A stretch of 64,000 nt of DNA from an uncultured Spirochaetota bacterium (GTDB taxonomy: Bacteria; Spirochaetota; Spirochaetia; SZUA-6; Fen-1364): assembly GCA_963820525.1 (NCBI GenBank), contig CAWGAA010000003.1, positions 96,001 through 160,000 of the forward strand, given 5' to 3'. Below, piece after piece: positions 46,765 to 55,410 of the stretch. Positions within the stretch are counted from its first letter, which is position 1. Each line of letters opens with the position of its first letter. The position numbers were made by a program, and so were the translations under genes. Under the pieces are notes generated by a model that did not search any database, was not told where the DNA came from, and saw only the letters and a program-made list of their open reading frames with translations.

Positions 46765-49163
46765 GATCCTCCTTGCGCGCCGGGGATCCTGCATGCCACG
46801 CGCGTACCCGGCTCCAGCCGCTCGATACGAAGCTCCGCACCGGCCATTTCAGCGCGGTAGCGCATGATGCGAAGCCCCATGCCGTCCGGGGGCATGGATT
46901 CGGGCAGCCCCTTGCCTCCGTCCGTCACCTCGGCGATGAGAGCGGGGGAAGCCCGGAGGTCTCCCCGCACCTTCCGATCCTCCCGATAGAGCCTGACCTC
47001 CACGCGTTCCGAGCCGGAGTGCTTGAGGGCATTGGTGAGCGCTTCCTGGACGATGCGGTACACCTGCAGGGCGCCGTCGGTGTCGGGGAGCCTGAAATCC
47101 GGTGATGCGCGGAAATCGATGGCCGCCGAATGGTTCCGCCTCGCGGCCTCCACCAACTCTTCGACGGCCGCTACCAGCCCGTGCTCCTCGAGCCCCGCGG
47201 GGTAGAGCCCCCGGGCGATCTGTTTGGCCCTGACAATCGAATCCTCCAGGAGGTTTCCGATCTTGTCGATCGAGCTTACCGCCGCGGAGTCCGACAGCCC
47301 GCCGCGCAGCACCGAGGCGAGCATCGCGATCCCCGCCAGGTGCTGGCACAGATCGTCGTGGAGGTCCTGCCCGATCCTCTGCATGGTGCGGTTGGAGGTC
47401 TCGATGACTTCGTGCTCCAGCCGCCGCCGCCGCTCGATCTCCCGGGTGAGCTCGCTGTTGGTCCGCGTCAGCTCCACGGTGCGGCGGGCCACTTCGGCCT
47501 CGAGGCGCCGCTCATGCGAGCGCACCTGCTCCAGGAGAAGCGCTCCCTTGAGGGCGCTCGCCACCTGCTCACGGAGGGTATCGTACACGGCCGGCTCCTC
47601 CGCTCCGCCGGGAAGAACGATGAACCCCAAGGGCTCATCCTGGAACACGAGCGGCTCGAGGACCCAGTACCCTCTCTTCCACGACTTCTCCAGGCCTGAG
47701 GGGAGAAGATGCGCCGTGGGGAAGGCCAGCCCTCGGGGAGGGAGCGCTTTCGATCGCTTCGATCGGGGGGCCATGATGAGGCGCGACCTCCTGGCGGGAA
47801 GGCGGCCGCCTTCGAAAAGCGCGAGGTATCCTCCCTCGATGCCCAGGCGCGCAAGACCCGCCTCCAGGCGGCCCAGCATCACGGGCAGCTCGAATGCGCC
47901 TGCCAGCGAGGCGCTTATGGCCCGAAGCGTTGCCAGCCTCTCCTCGGAAGCGACCCGCCGGGCGGCCTGCAGGCGGCTTTCAGTCTCACCGACAAGGACC
48001 CTGGCAAACTCGTAGAGAGACGAGGGAACCCCGCAGCCGATGCCGCGCGGGTCCGCCCTGTGACGGACTATGGAGAGCATGTCGTTCCATTTCCCGGGAT
48101 TGCCGCCGTCCAGAGCCGCGGCCGCCAGCGCGGAATTGAAGCGGGAGACAAAGCCCTCCTCATCGCGCTTTTTGGCGAGGGCCGCAAGCTCGGAGATGGC
48201 GCGCCTGTCCGCGGCGGTGATGGAGCGCGGGGGAGAAGTAAGCTCGGCGTCATAGCTCTGCCTCGGCGGGCAGCCGCAGGACTGCCGGATGGCGGGCACG
48301 CAGGTGAGGACGCGATCGCGAGGTTTTCGCCCGTCCATGAGATCGAGGAGCGCGTCCACCGCGGAGCACCCCAGCTCATGGAGGGGCTGTGTAACCGTGG
48401 TGAGAGGAGGCGTGACGTACCTTCCCTCCTCGATGCCGTCGAACCCCACCACGGCAACGTCCTCGGGAACGCGCATGCCCGCCTCTCTCAGGACGTCCAA
48501 GGCCCCCAGCGCCATTCGGTCGTTCATGCACACAAGCGCATCGAAGCGGGGACCCGCCCGGAGCAGCACCCGGGCAGCTTCCGCCCCGGACTCCCGGACG
48601 AAGGTGCCCTGCACGGCCAGCCGCTCGTTGAAGGAGACGCCGTTCTCCGCCAGGGCCCCGAGAAAAGCTCGAAGCCGGTCCTCGGCTTCGGCGTGGCCGG
48701 GCGGGCCGCCGATGAGAGCGAAACGAGAGCGGCCGTGGTCGCGCACGAGATGGCGGACGACGGCGGCGACCCCATTGGAGCCGTCCGCCGTGATGCTGGG
48801 TATTCCCGGGACTTTCAGGCCTATCGACACCCGCGAAATTGCCCGTCGGGACGCGAAAAAGCGTTCCAGTCCATCAGCGCTCAAAAAGGTTGAGATGGCG
48901 GAGGAGACCACAATGAGCCCGTCCACGTTCCCCCGGTCCGCGATGCGGTACGCCACGTTCGCCGCGGCCTCCGACTTGATGGGTGAATCGACGCGTGAGC
49001 CGAGGAAACATACGACACCCACGCCCCGCCTGCGGGAGCGCGCTTCGATTCCGCGCCAGACCGCGATCTGGTAGGCGTCATCCAGCTCGGCCGTGAAAAC
49101 GCCGATCATCCGCTCGGGGCGGGCTGGGCGCGTCCCTGCTCCGCTCGAGCGAGAGCGCTTCAC
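46761..49163 (-). CDS. Soluble sensor histidine kinase: LacI-type sugar-binding domain, linker, HisKA_3 and HATPase
   Basis: IGVFTAELDDAYQ..., FALIGGP..H.EAEDR, NDRMALG, VPEDVAVVGFDG, PPLTTV.QP, RQSCGC. Kinase motifs RIGQDLHDDLCQHL, YRIVQEALTNALKHS, DGGKG and GMGL..MRYRA. No TM helix seen. Start uncertain (GTG 49163). Confidence 0.88.
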   Translation of the reverse strand: MKRSRSSGAGTRPARPERMIGVFTAELDDAYQIAVWRGIEARSRRRGVGVVCFLGSRVDSPIKSEAAANVAYRIADRGNVDGLIVVSSAISTFLSADGLERFFASRRAISRVSIGLKVPGIPSITADGSNGVAAVVRHLVRDHGRSRFALIGGPPGHAEAEDRLRAFLGALAENGVSFNERLAVQGTFVRESGAEAARVLLRAGPRFDALVCMNDRMALGALDVLREAGMRVPEDVAVVGFDGIEEGRYVTPPLTTVTQPLHELGCSAVDALLDLMDGRKPRDRVLTCVPAIRQSCGCPPRQSYDAELTSPPRSITAADRRAISELAALAKKRDEEGFVSRFNSALAAAALDGGNPGKWNDMLSIVRHRADPRGIGCGVPSSLYEFARVLVGETESRLQAARRVASEERLATLRAISASLAGAFELPVMLGRLEAGLARLGIEGGYLALFEGGRLPARRSRLIMAPRSKRSKALPPRGLAFPTAHLLPSGLEKSWKRGYWVLEPLVFQDEPLGFIVLPGGAEEPAVYDTLREQVASALKGALLLEQVRSHERRLEAEVARRTVELTRTNSELTREIERRRRLEHEVIETSNRTMQRIGQDLHDDLCQHLAGIAMLASVLRGGLSDSAAVSSIDKIGNLLEDSIVRAKQIARGLYPAGLEEHGLVAAVEELVEAARRNHSAAIDFRASPDFRLPDTDGALQVYRIVQEALTNALKHSGSERVEVRLYREDRKVRGDLRASPALIAEVTDGGKGLPESMPPDGMGLRIMRYRAEMAGAELRIERLEPGTRVACRIPGAQGGS

Positions 49164-49474
49164 TGCCGAACGAGGGCCGCGGGCTTTTTTGGGGGACGAT
49201 GCTGTATATCGAACGGAAGCGGCCAATCCTTTCGCCCTTTCGCCGGAAAGAAGTCTCGCCGCGTATGGTCGCCGGCTCCACGGCGGGGGCTGGCGAGGAC
49301 GGAGGGCTGATCTCACCTTGGCAGGTGAACGCACTGCGGGCCGAAGAGAGCCCTGTCCAAGGCACCCTTATGATAACCCCTTTGGCCGCGAGACGAAACC
49401 GGTTGAAGACCGGTACTGTCCTTCGGCATCGACACCGGCCCGCCATAGGTCAATTGACCGATACCCTCGGGCCC

Positions 49475-51646
49475 CTAGTAGGGAAGCTCCTGACGCCGGC
49501 CCCGAACCTCGAACTCGGCGCTGAGAACGGCCGTTCGCGCGAGAGCCTCGCTCCTGGGATCCGGCTGCCTGCCGCCGAGAGAGAGGCGGAAGCGGCCGGG
49601 CTCGAGGATCCGCCTCCCCTCATTGTCGATCAGCGCCATCTCACGCGCCGATATCGAGAAGGAAACCCTCCTCGTCTCTCCGGCCGCCAGGGTAACGCGG
49701 GTGAAGCCCACCAGCCGCCGCAGGGGGACGGGCACCGAGGCCTCGAGGTCCGTGAGGTAGAGCTGCACGGTTTCCTCTCCACCGCGAGACCCCACGTTGG
49801 AGACCTTCGCCGATACGGCGAGAGGCCTGCCGGCCGGCACCGTGGCGCCGTCCAACGTCAGCTCCGAGTAGCGGAAGCTGGTGTAGGAAAGGCCGTATCC
49901 GAAGGGGTACAGCGGCTCCGCCTCCATGTAGCGGTAGGTCCGCCCCGCCATGGCGTATTCGCTGAAGGGGGGTAGCTGGTCAGTCGATGCGACGAAGGTA
50001 ACGGGGAGGCGGCCGGAGGGGCTGTGGTCGCCGAACAATATGTCGGCGACGGCCGCCCCGCCCTCCTCGCCCGGATACCAGGCCAGGAGCACGGCGCGCG
50101 CCAGCTCCGCCTCGCGAGCCACCGCGAGGGCGCTCCCGCTCATGAGCACGAGCACGACCGGCTTGCCTTTCGCGGCCACGGCCTCGCAGAGACGCCTCTG
50201 AATCGCGGGAAGCTCAATGCGGACCCTGTCTCCCTGCCATTGGGTTTGGGCGGCGGACCCCTGCTCCCCCTCGAGCCTGTTGTTCAGCCCCAGGACTAGC
50301 ACGACGGCATCAGAGCGATCCGCCGCGGCAAGGGCCTCGGCGAATCCGTCATCCGCCTTCTCGCTCCATTCGTAGCCGCCGTCCCTGGCAACGTCCGCCC
50401 CCGGGGAGTACAGCACCCGGGTCTCGGGAGTAACGGCGCGGCGGATGCCCTCCAGGATGGTGACCGACTTCGATGGGAGCCCGTTGTAATTGCCCAGAAG
50501 GACGTCCCTGTCGTCCGCGTTGGGGCCAATGACGGCGATGCAGCCCAGGTCCTTTCTCAAAGGCAGGAAGCCTCCCTCGTTCTTCAACAGGACCAGCGAT
50601 TCACGGGCCGCCTGCCGGGCGAGGCTCCTGTGCTCCGCGCAGTCGATCTTCTCGTAGGGAATGCGTGCGTAGGGAACGCGCTCCGGCGGGTCGAACATTC
50701 CGAGGCGGAACCTCACCCGAAGCAGCCGCGCGAGCGCCCGATCGATCTCCCCCTCCCCGATCAGCCCTTTATTTACTGCTTCGATAAGGGAAGGGAAGAC
50801 CATGCCGCATTCAAGGTCGCAGCCGTTGTTCACGGCAAGGGCCGCGGACTGCTCGGGTGTGCTGGTCACGGTGTGGTGGGCGTGGAAATCGAGAATGGCC
50901 CCGCAGTCCGACACCACGTACCCCTGGAACCCCCATTCCTCTCTCAATATCTTTCCCAGGAGGGTCGGGCTGGCGCAGCAGGGTTCTCCGTTGGTGCGGT
51001 TGTAGGCGCCCATAACGGACTCCGCCTTTCCCTCCACGACGCAGTCGCGGAAGGCGGGAAGGTAGGTTTCCCGAAGGTCCTTCACGCTCACGCGCGCGTC
51101 GAAATGGTGACGAAAGGCTTCCGGACCGCTGTGCGCCGCGAAATGCTTCGGCGTGGCGGCCAGCTTGAGGTACTTCGGGTCGTTGCCCTGGAGACCCTTG
51201 ATGAAGGCCACTCCCATACGGCCCGTGAGGTGCGGATCCTCCCCGTAGGTTTCCTGGCCCCGGCCCCAGCGCGGGTCACGAAAGATGTTGACGTTGGGGC
51301 TCCAGAAAGTGAGACCATGGTACTGGCGGCGGTAGCCCTGGCGGGCGAACTCATGGTGCTTGGCCCGGGCTTCGTCCGATATGGCCGACGCCACCCTGCC
51401 CATCAGCTCCGTATCGAAGGTCGCGGCCAGCGCGATGGCCTGCGGGAAAACAGTGGCGACGCCCGCCCGGCCCACGCCATGGAGGGCTTCGTTCCACCAG
51501 TTGTATTCGGGGATGTCGAGACGGGGGATGGCCTTGGAATCATAGACCATCTGGGAGACTTTCTCCTGAAGGGTCAGCCGACCGAGCAGGTCCTGCACGC
51601 GCTCATCGAGCGGAAGGTCGGGGTCGAGGAACGGGAACTTCGGCAT
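49475..51646 (-). CDS. GH3 beta-xylosidase/beta-glucosidase, cytoplasmic, with a C-terminal Fn3-like domain
   Basis: WWNEALHG, TVFPQAI, WSPNVNIFRDPRWGRGQETYGEDP, KHFA, VVSDCGAI (nucleophile), VLLKN, EGEQG, LYPFGYGLSY, ETVQLY. AAGGAGG RBS before ATG 51646. Confidence 0.93.
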   Translation of the reverse strand: MPKFPFLDPDLPLDERVQDLLGRLTLQEKVSQMVYDSKAIPRLDIPEYNWWNEALHGVGRAGVATVFPQAIALAATFDTELMGRVASAISDEARAKHHEFARQGYRRQYHGLTFWSPNVNIFRDPRWGRGQETYGEDPHLTGRMGVAFIKGLQGNDPKYLKLAATPKHFAAHSGPEAFRHHFDARVSVKDLRETYLPAFRDCVVEGKAESVMGAYNRTNGEPCCASPTLLGKILREEWGFQGYVVSDCGAILDFHAHHTVTSTPEQSAALAVNNGCDLECGMVFPSLIEAVNKGLIGEGEIDRALARLLRVRFRLGMFDPPERVPYARIPYEKIDCAEHRSLARQAARESLVLLKNEGGFLPLRKDLGCIAVIGPNADDRDVLLGNYNGLPSKSVTILEGIRRAVTPETRVLYSPGADVARDGGYEWSEKADDGFAEALAAADRSDAVVLVLGLNNRLEGEQGSAAQTQWQGDRVRIELPAIQRRLCEAVAAKGKPVVLVLMSGSALAVAREAELARAVLLAWYPGEEGGAAVADILFGDHSPSGRLPVTFVASTDQLPPFSEYAMAGRTYRYMEAEPLYPFGYGLSYTSFRYSELTLDGATVPAGRPLAVSAKVSNVGSRGGEETVQLYLTDLEASVPVPLRRLVGFTRVTLAAGETRRVSFSISAREMALIDNEGRRILEPGRFRLSLGGRQPDPRSEALARTAVLSAEFEVRGRRQELPY

Positions 51647-51699
51647 GGCTCCTCCTTGATGAATGAGCTCCTCAAATGTCATACCAAACCTTTTCGCTC

Positions 51700-52408
51700 G
51701 CCGCAAGAAGAGGTTCGGCCCTGCCGCCGGGACGGGGAGCCTGCTCGTGGTAAGGGCCCCCCGGGCATGTGCCACCTGGAAGAACAGGCCGAAATCCGAA
51801 TTGAAGATGCGGCCCAGCCTCGAGATGACCTGGACAATGATGACGAAGGAGAGCAGCGGCAAAATGATGAAGCGGATCGTGTGGCGGCGGCGCGCTCCGT
51901 CCAGCGCCGCAACCTCGAAGTAGGTCGGATCGATGCCGGCGATCGCGGCGGTATAGATGACGCTGCCGACCCCCATGTATTTCCAGAGATTCACGAAGAC
52001 GAGAATGAAAGGCCACGCGGCAGGGGTGCGATACCAGTTCAGGGGAGCAATGCCGAGCGCCGGGAAAAGGCGCGTGTTGAGCAGGCCGAGCTCCTGGGAG
52101 AGAAGCGTCCCTGATAGAACCGCGCGAACCGCGCGGCCCGAAGACTGTCAAGGCCCAGCGCCACGGCAACGGCCACGGCGTTTCCCAGAAGAATGAAAAC
52201 CAGGTTGTAGAGCACCGTGTTTGTGGTGATTATCCAGATCGCCCTGCCCAGCACGAGGTACTCGAAGTTCAGGTAATTGAAGATGATCAGCGCGATTGCC
52301 CCCGGCACGATCATGCTGGCCAGGCCGAGATTGACCGTGCGCTTTCCGGCCTGCCGCGCGGGCTGAGGCTGCCGATCCTGAATGCCTGTCTTTTCTGAAA
52401 CTTTTCAT
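51700..52408 (-). pseudogene. Remnant of an LplB-type polysaccharide ABC permease with several internal deletions
   Basis: Fragments MIVPGAIALIIFNYL|NFEYL...NTVLYNLVFI...RFYQ and ELGLLN...NWY..PAAWPFILVFVNLWK..G.GSVIY.AAIAGID...FEVAALDGA...LGRIFNSDFGLFFQV, in different frames. The periplasmic loop, a TM pair and the C-terminus are missing. Confidence 0.8.
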
Positions 52409-52626
52409 TCTTCCCCCCGCACCGCGTCGGTGACCCACGCCAAGATCCTCGAAGCCGGAAGTCTTCCCGCGAAATCGAGCGCTTCCTCGCAGCCGTGGGC
52501 CTCTCAGGCGATCGAATGATTCAGTTGTGTTATACTAGCTGAGGCGCAATATTGGAAGGGGTCGGGCAGGGCACCGTGTGCTCCCCCGCTTGACTCCCCA
52601 TCCCTCCAGGGTGGACATTCTCACTC

Positions 52627-53881
52627 ATGGACAACCCCAAGCTGCGCAATGTCGAGGTCATTCCCGTGCGGGATGACATGTTCGCGCTGCGCGACCCCAT
52701 GCGCTATACGGACAAGATCCTCATGGTGCCGGGAGCCGTCCTCGCCGTCATTTCCTATTTCGACGGGAGACACTCGATGCTGGACGTCCAGTACGAGTTC
52801 ACGCGCAAGTTCGGGGACATCCTCTTCCAAGAGAAGCTCGCCCAGATCATCGAGAGCCTCGATGCCAACGGCTTCCTGGAAAGCGAGAGCTTTGCCGAGC
52901 GCCGCAAAGCCATCGATGACGGGTTCGCGGCCGCCAAGGTTCGGCAGCCGGCCCACGCGGGAGGCGGCTACGAGGCGGAGCCCGAGAAGCTTCGGGACCG
53001 TCTCTCCCGGTATTTCATGCAGGCCGCCGGAGGCGCGGCGGACGGCGGCTCGCGCCCCGAAGCCGCCGGAAGCCTGCGCGCGATCATTGCCCCGCACATC
53101 GACATGCAGCGCGGCGGGACCTGCTACGCCAACGCGTACGGTGAGGTGAGACGCTTGAGCCGGGCGAACACGATCGTGCTCCTCGGCATCTCGCACGTGG
53201 AGACGAGAAACCGCTACGCCCTCACGGAGAAGGATTTCGCCACGCCCCTGGGGAACCTCGCCACCGACGGGGAAGCGGTGCGGAGGCTTGTCTCCGCCTG
53301 CTCGTTCGATCCGTTCCAGGACGAATCGGCCCACAGGTTCGAGCACTCTCTGGAGTTTCAGACCGTCTTTCTCAGGTACATATTCCCCGAGCGCGACGAG
53401 CTCCGGATCGTCCCCATCCTCTGCGGTCCGCTTCTTCCCGAGTTCACCACGAGAGGCTCCCCCCGGGACGAACCCGCAGGTGGCATCCTTCATCGATGCG
53501 CTCACGGGGCTTCTCGCTGAACGGAGGGACGACGTGCTTCTCATCGCCGGCGCGGATCTCTGCCACATCGGGCGGCGGTTCGGCGACACGCAGCCTTTCA
53601 CGGAGGAGTTCGTGAGCACGGCGCAAAAAGCCGACGGCAGGATGCTGGAGCGGGTCACCGGCGTGGATGCCGAGGGGTTCATGAAGTTCATCCAGAAGGA
53701 ACAGGACGGGCGAAAGGTCTGCGGAGTTCCGGCCATCTACACGCTGCTCTCGGCATTGAAGCCGGATGGGAAGACCGCCGAACAGGACGTTCATGGCAGC
53801 CTGCTCTCCTACGACATGGCGGTGGACCAGGAGGGGCAATCCGCCGTCGGATTCGCCGCCGTCGCGTTCGCCGGTATTTGA
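52627..53881 (+). CDS. amrB: AmmeMemoRadiSam protein B (MEMO1 family) with an N-terminal PqqD/RRE-like winged-helix extension (frameshift near 53474)
   Basis: Memo motifs RQPAHAG..Y, IIAPHID..RGG, LLGISH, F.TPLG, H..EHSLEFQ and IVPILCG, then IAGADLCHIGRRFGD and KVCG in ORF 53288. The first 90 aa read LRDP...AVISYFDGRHS...IIESLDANGFL. Confidence 0.85.
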
Positions 53882-53941
53882 CCGCTCCATCGGCTTCGGG
53901 GTACATTGACTGCGGGCGCGAGCGCCGCCAGAGGTCCAGCG

Positions 53942-55396
53942 ATGAAAAATCAGGCCAAGAGCGTCTTCCTTTTCGTTTTCCTGCTTTTCCTGGCGCCCTT
54001 CGCCTTCTGCCAGACCGCGGTCTCGGGGGTGCAGAGATCCACTCTGCCCAACGGGCTGGAGCTCGCCCTAGTCGAAAACCATGCGGTGCCGCTGGCGAGG
54101 ATCCAGATCACGTTCCGCTGCGGGGCGATAACCCAGACTCCCGAGACGGTCGGGCTGTTCCACCTCTACGAGCACATGCTGTTCAAGGGCAACCGGGTTT
54201 TCAAAAACCAGAGCGACTTCCAGGCCGCCATGCGCCAGCTCGGCGTCTCCAGCTGGAACGGCGGCACTTCGGTGAACAACGTCACCTACTACTTCACCGT
54301 GCCGTCCGACAAGCTGGACAAGGGGATCGAGTTCTGGGCGGATGCCGTCCGCTATCCCCTTTTCAATCCCGACGAGCTCGTCACGGAGAAAGACGTGGTG
54401 ATGAACGAGGTCCAGGGATTCCTCGACGATCCCGATACGATCTATCAATCCGGGGTGAACAAGGCCCTGTTCTGGAAGTATCCATGGCGAAAGGACGCGG
54501 TGGGCTACGAGAAGATCATCAGGGGAGCCACCGTCAAAACCCTCCGCGATATCCAGAACACGTACTACATCCCCAACAACGCCGCCCTGTTCGTGGGCGG
54601 GGACGTGGATCCCAAGGCCGTGCGCGCCTCCGTGGAAAAATACTTCGGGGACTGGAAGCGGGGAAAAAATCCGTGGGCGTCGCCGCCGGCCCCCCAGGGG
54701 CCCGTGCCCAAGACGGTTCTCCTGGTCTATCCCGATGAGCAGATGTTCAGCGGCATCGCCTATGTGAGCGCCGGCTTCCGCGGGCCGGATCTTGCCTCCG
54801 ACGCCAACGCCACCTATGGGGCGGACGTGTGGGGCAAGCTCATCGACGACCCCAACGGGAAGTTCAAGCAGGACATCTTCAGCACGGTCCCCGGCCTCTA
54901 CAAGAAGGAGTACATATCCGCCTACTATGCCACGGAGCGTGACGGCGGATTCATCGGCTTCTCCACCTACATGGTGCTTGCCCCAACGGGAGACAACTTC
55001 GCGCGCGCGATGTCGTTGGAGAAGGCCTTCATGGAAGAGGTCTCCGCCATGGCGGCCAACCAGGCCTTCTTCGATGCCGGAGACTACGAGGTGATGCGGC
55101 GGCAGCTGGGGGACGAGCGGATAGTGGAACAGGAGACGGTTGACGGCTACATCTCCAGCCTCTCGTTCTGGTGGGCCGTTGCGGGGCTCGACTACTACCT
55201 CGGTTACACCGACAACCTCAAGCGCGTCGGCTATCCCCAGCTTCGCTCGTTCCTCTCGAGCTACCTCCTTGGCAGGAACTTCGTGCTTTCCGTGCGGATC
55301 AACCCGGCGGACTTCCAGAGGGAAAGGATCGCGGCCGAGAAGGCGGGCTTCACCGTGATCACCAAGGCCGACGCCTACTGGTGGCAGGCGAAGTGA
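53942..55396 (+). CDS. Secreted M16 (insulinase/pitrilysin) peptidase, catalytic subunit
   Basis: Signal peptide, TLPNGL, GLFHLYEHMLFKG (HxxEH), NGGTS, EKDVVMNE, YYIPNNA. Confidence 0.92.
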   Translation: MKNQAKSVFLFVFLLFLAPFAFCQTAVSGVQRSTLPNGLELALVENHAVPLARIQITFRCGAITQTPETVGLFHLYEHMLFKGNRVFKNQSDFQAAMRQLGVSSWNGGTSVNNVTYYFTVPSDKLDKGIEFWADAVRYPLFNPDELVTEKDVVMNEVQGFLDDPDTIYQSGVNKALFWKYPWRKDAVGYEKIIRGATVKTLRDIQNTYYIPNNAALFVGGDVDPKAVRASVEKYFGDWKRGKNPWASPPAPQGPVPKTVLLVYPDEQMFSGIAYVSAGFRGPDLASDANATYGADVWGKLIDDPNGKFKQDIFSTVPGLYKKEYISAYYATERDGGFIGFSTYMVLAPTGDNFARAMSLEKAFMEEVSAMAANQAFFDAGDYEVMRRQLGDERIVEQETVDGYISSLSFWWAVAGLDYYLGYTDNLKRVGYPQLRSFLSSYLLGRNFVLSVRINPADFQRERIAAEKAGFTVITKADAYWWQAK

Positions 55397-55410
55397 AAGG
55401 GAGGAGCGCA

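Noticed and set aside
49475..51994. 839-aa ORF that looks like a novel permease-GH3 fusion
   Set aside because: The permease part is a deletion remnant with no proper start that happens to be in frame. GH3 has its own AAGGAGG RBS and a typical N-terminus at 51646.
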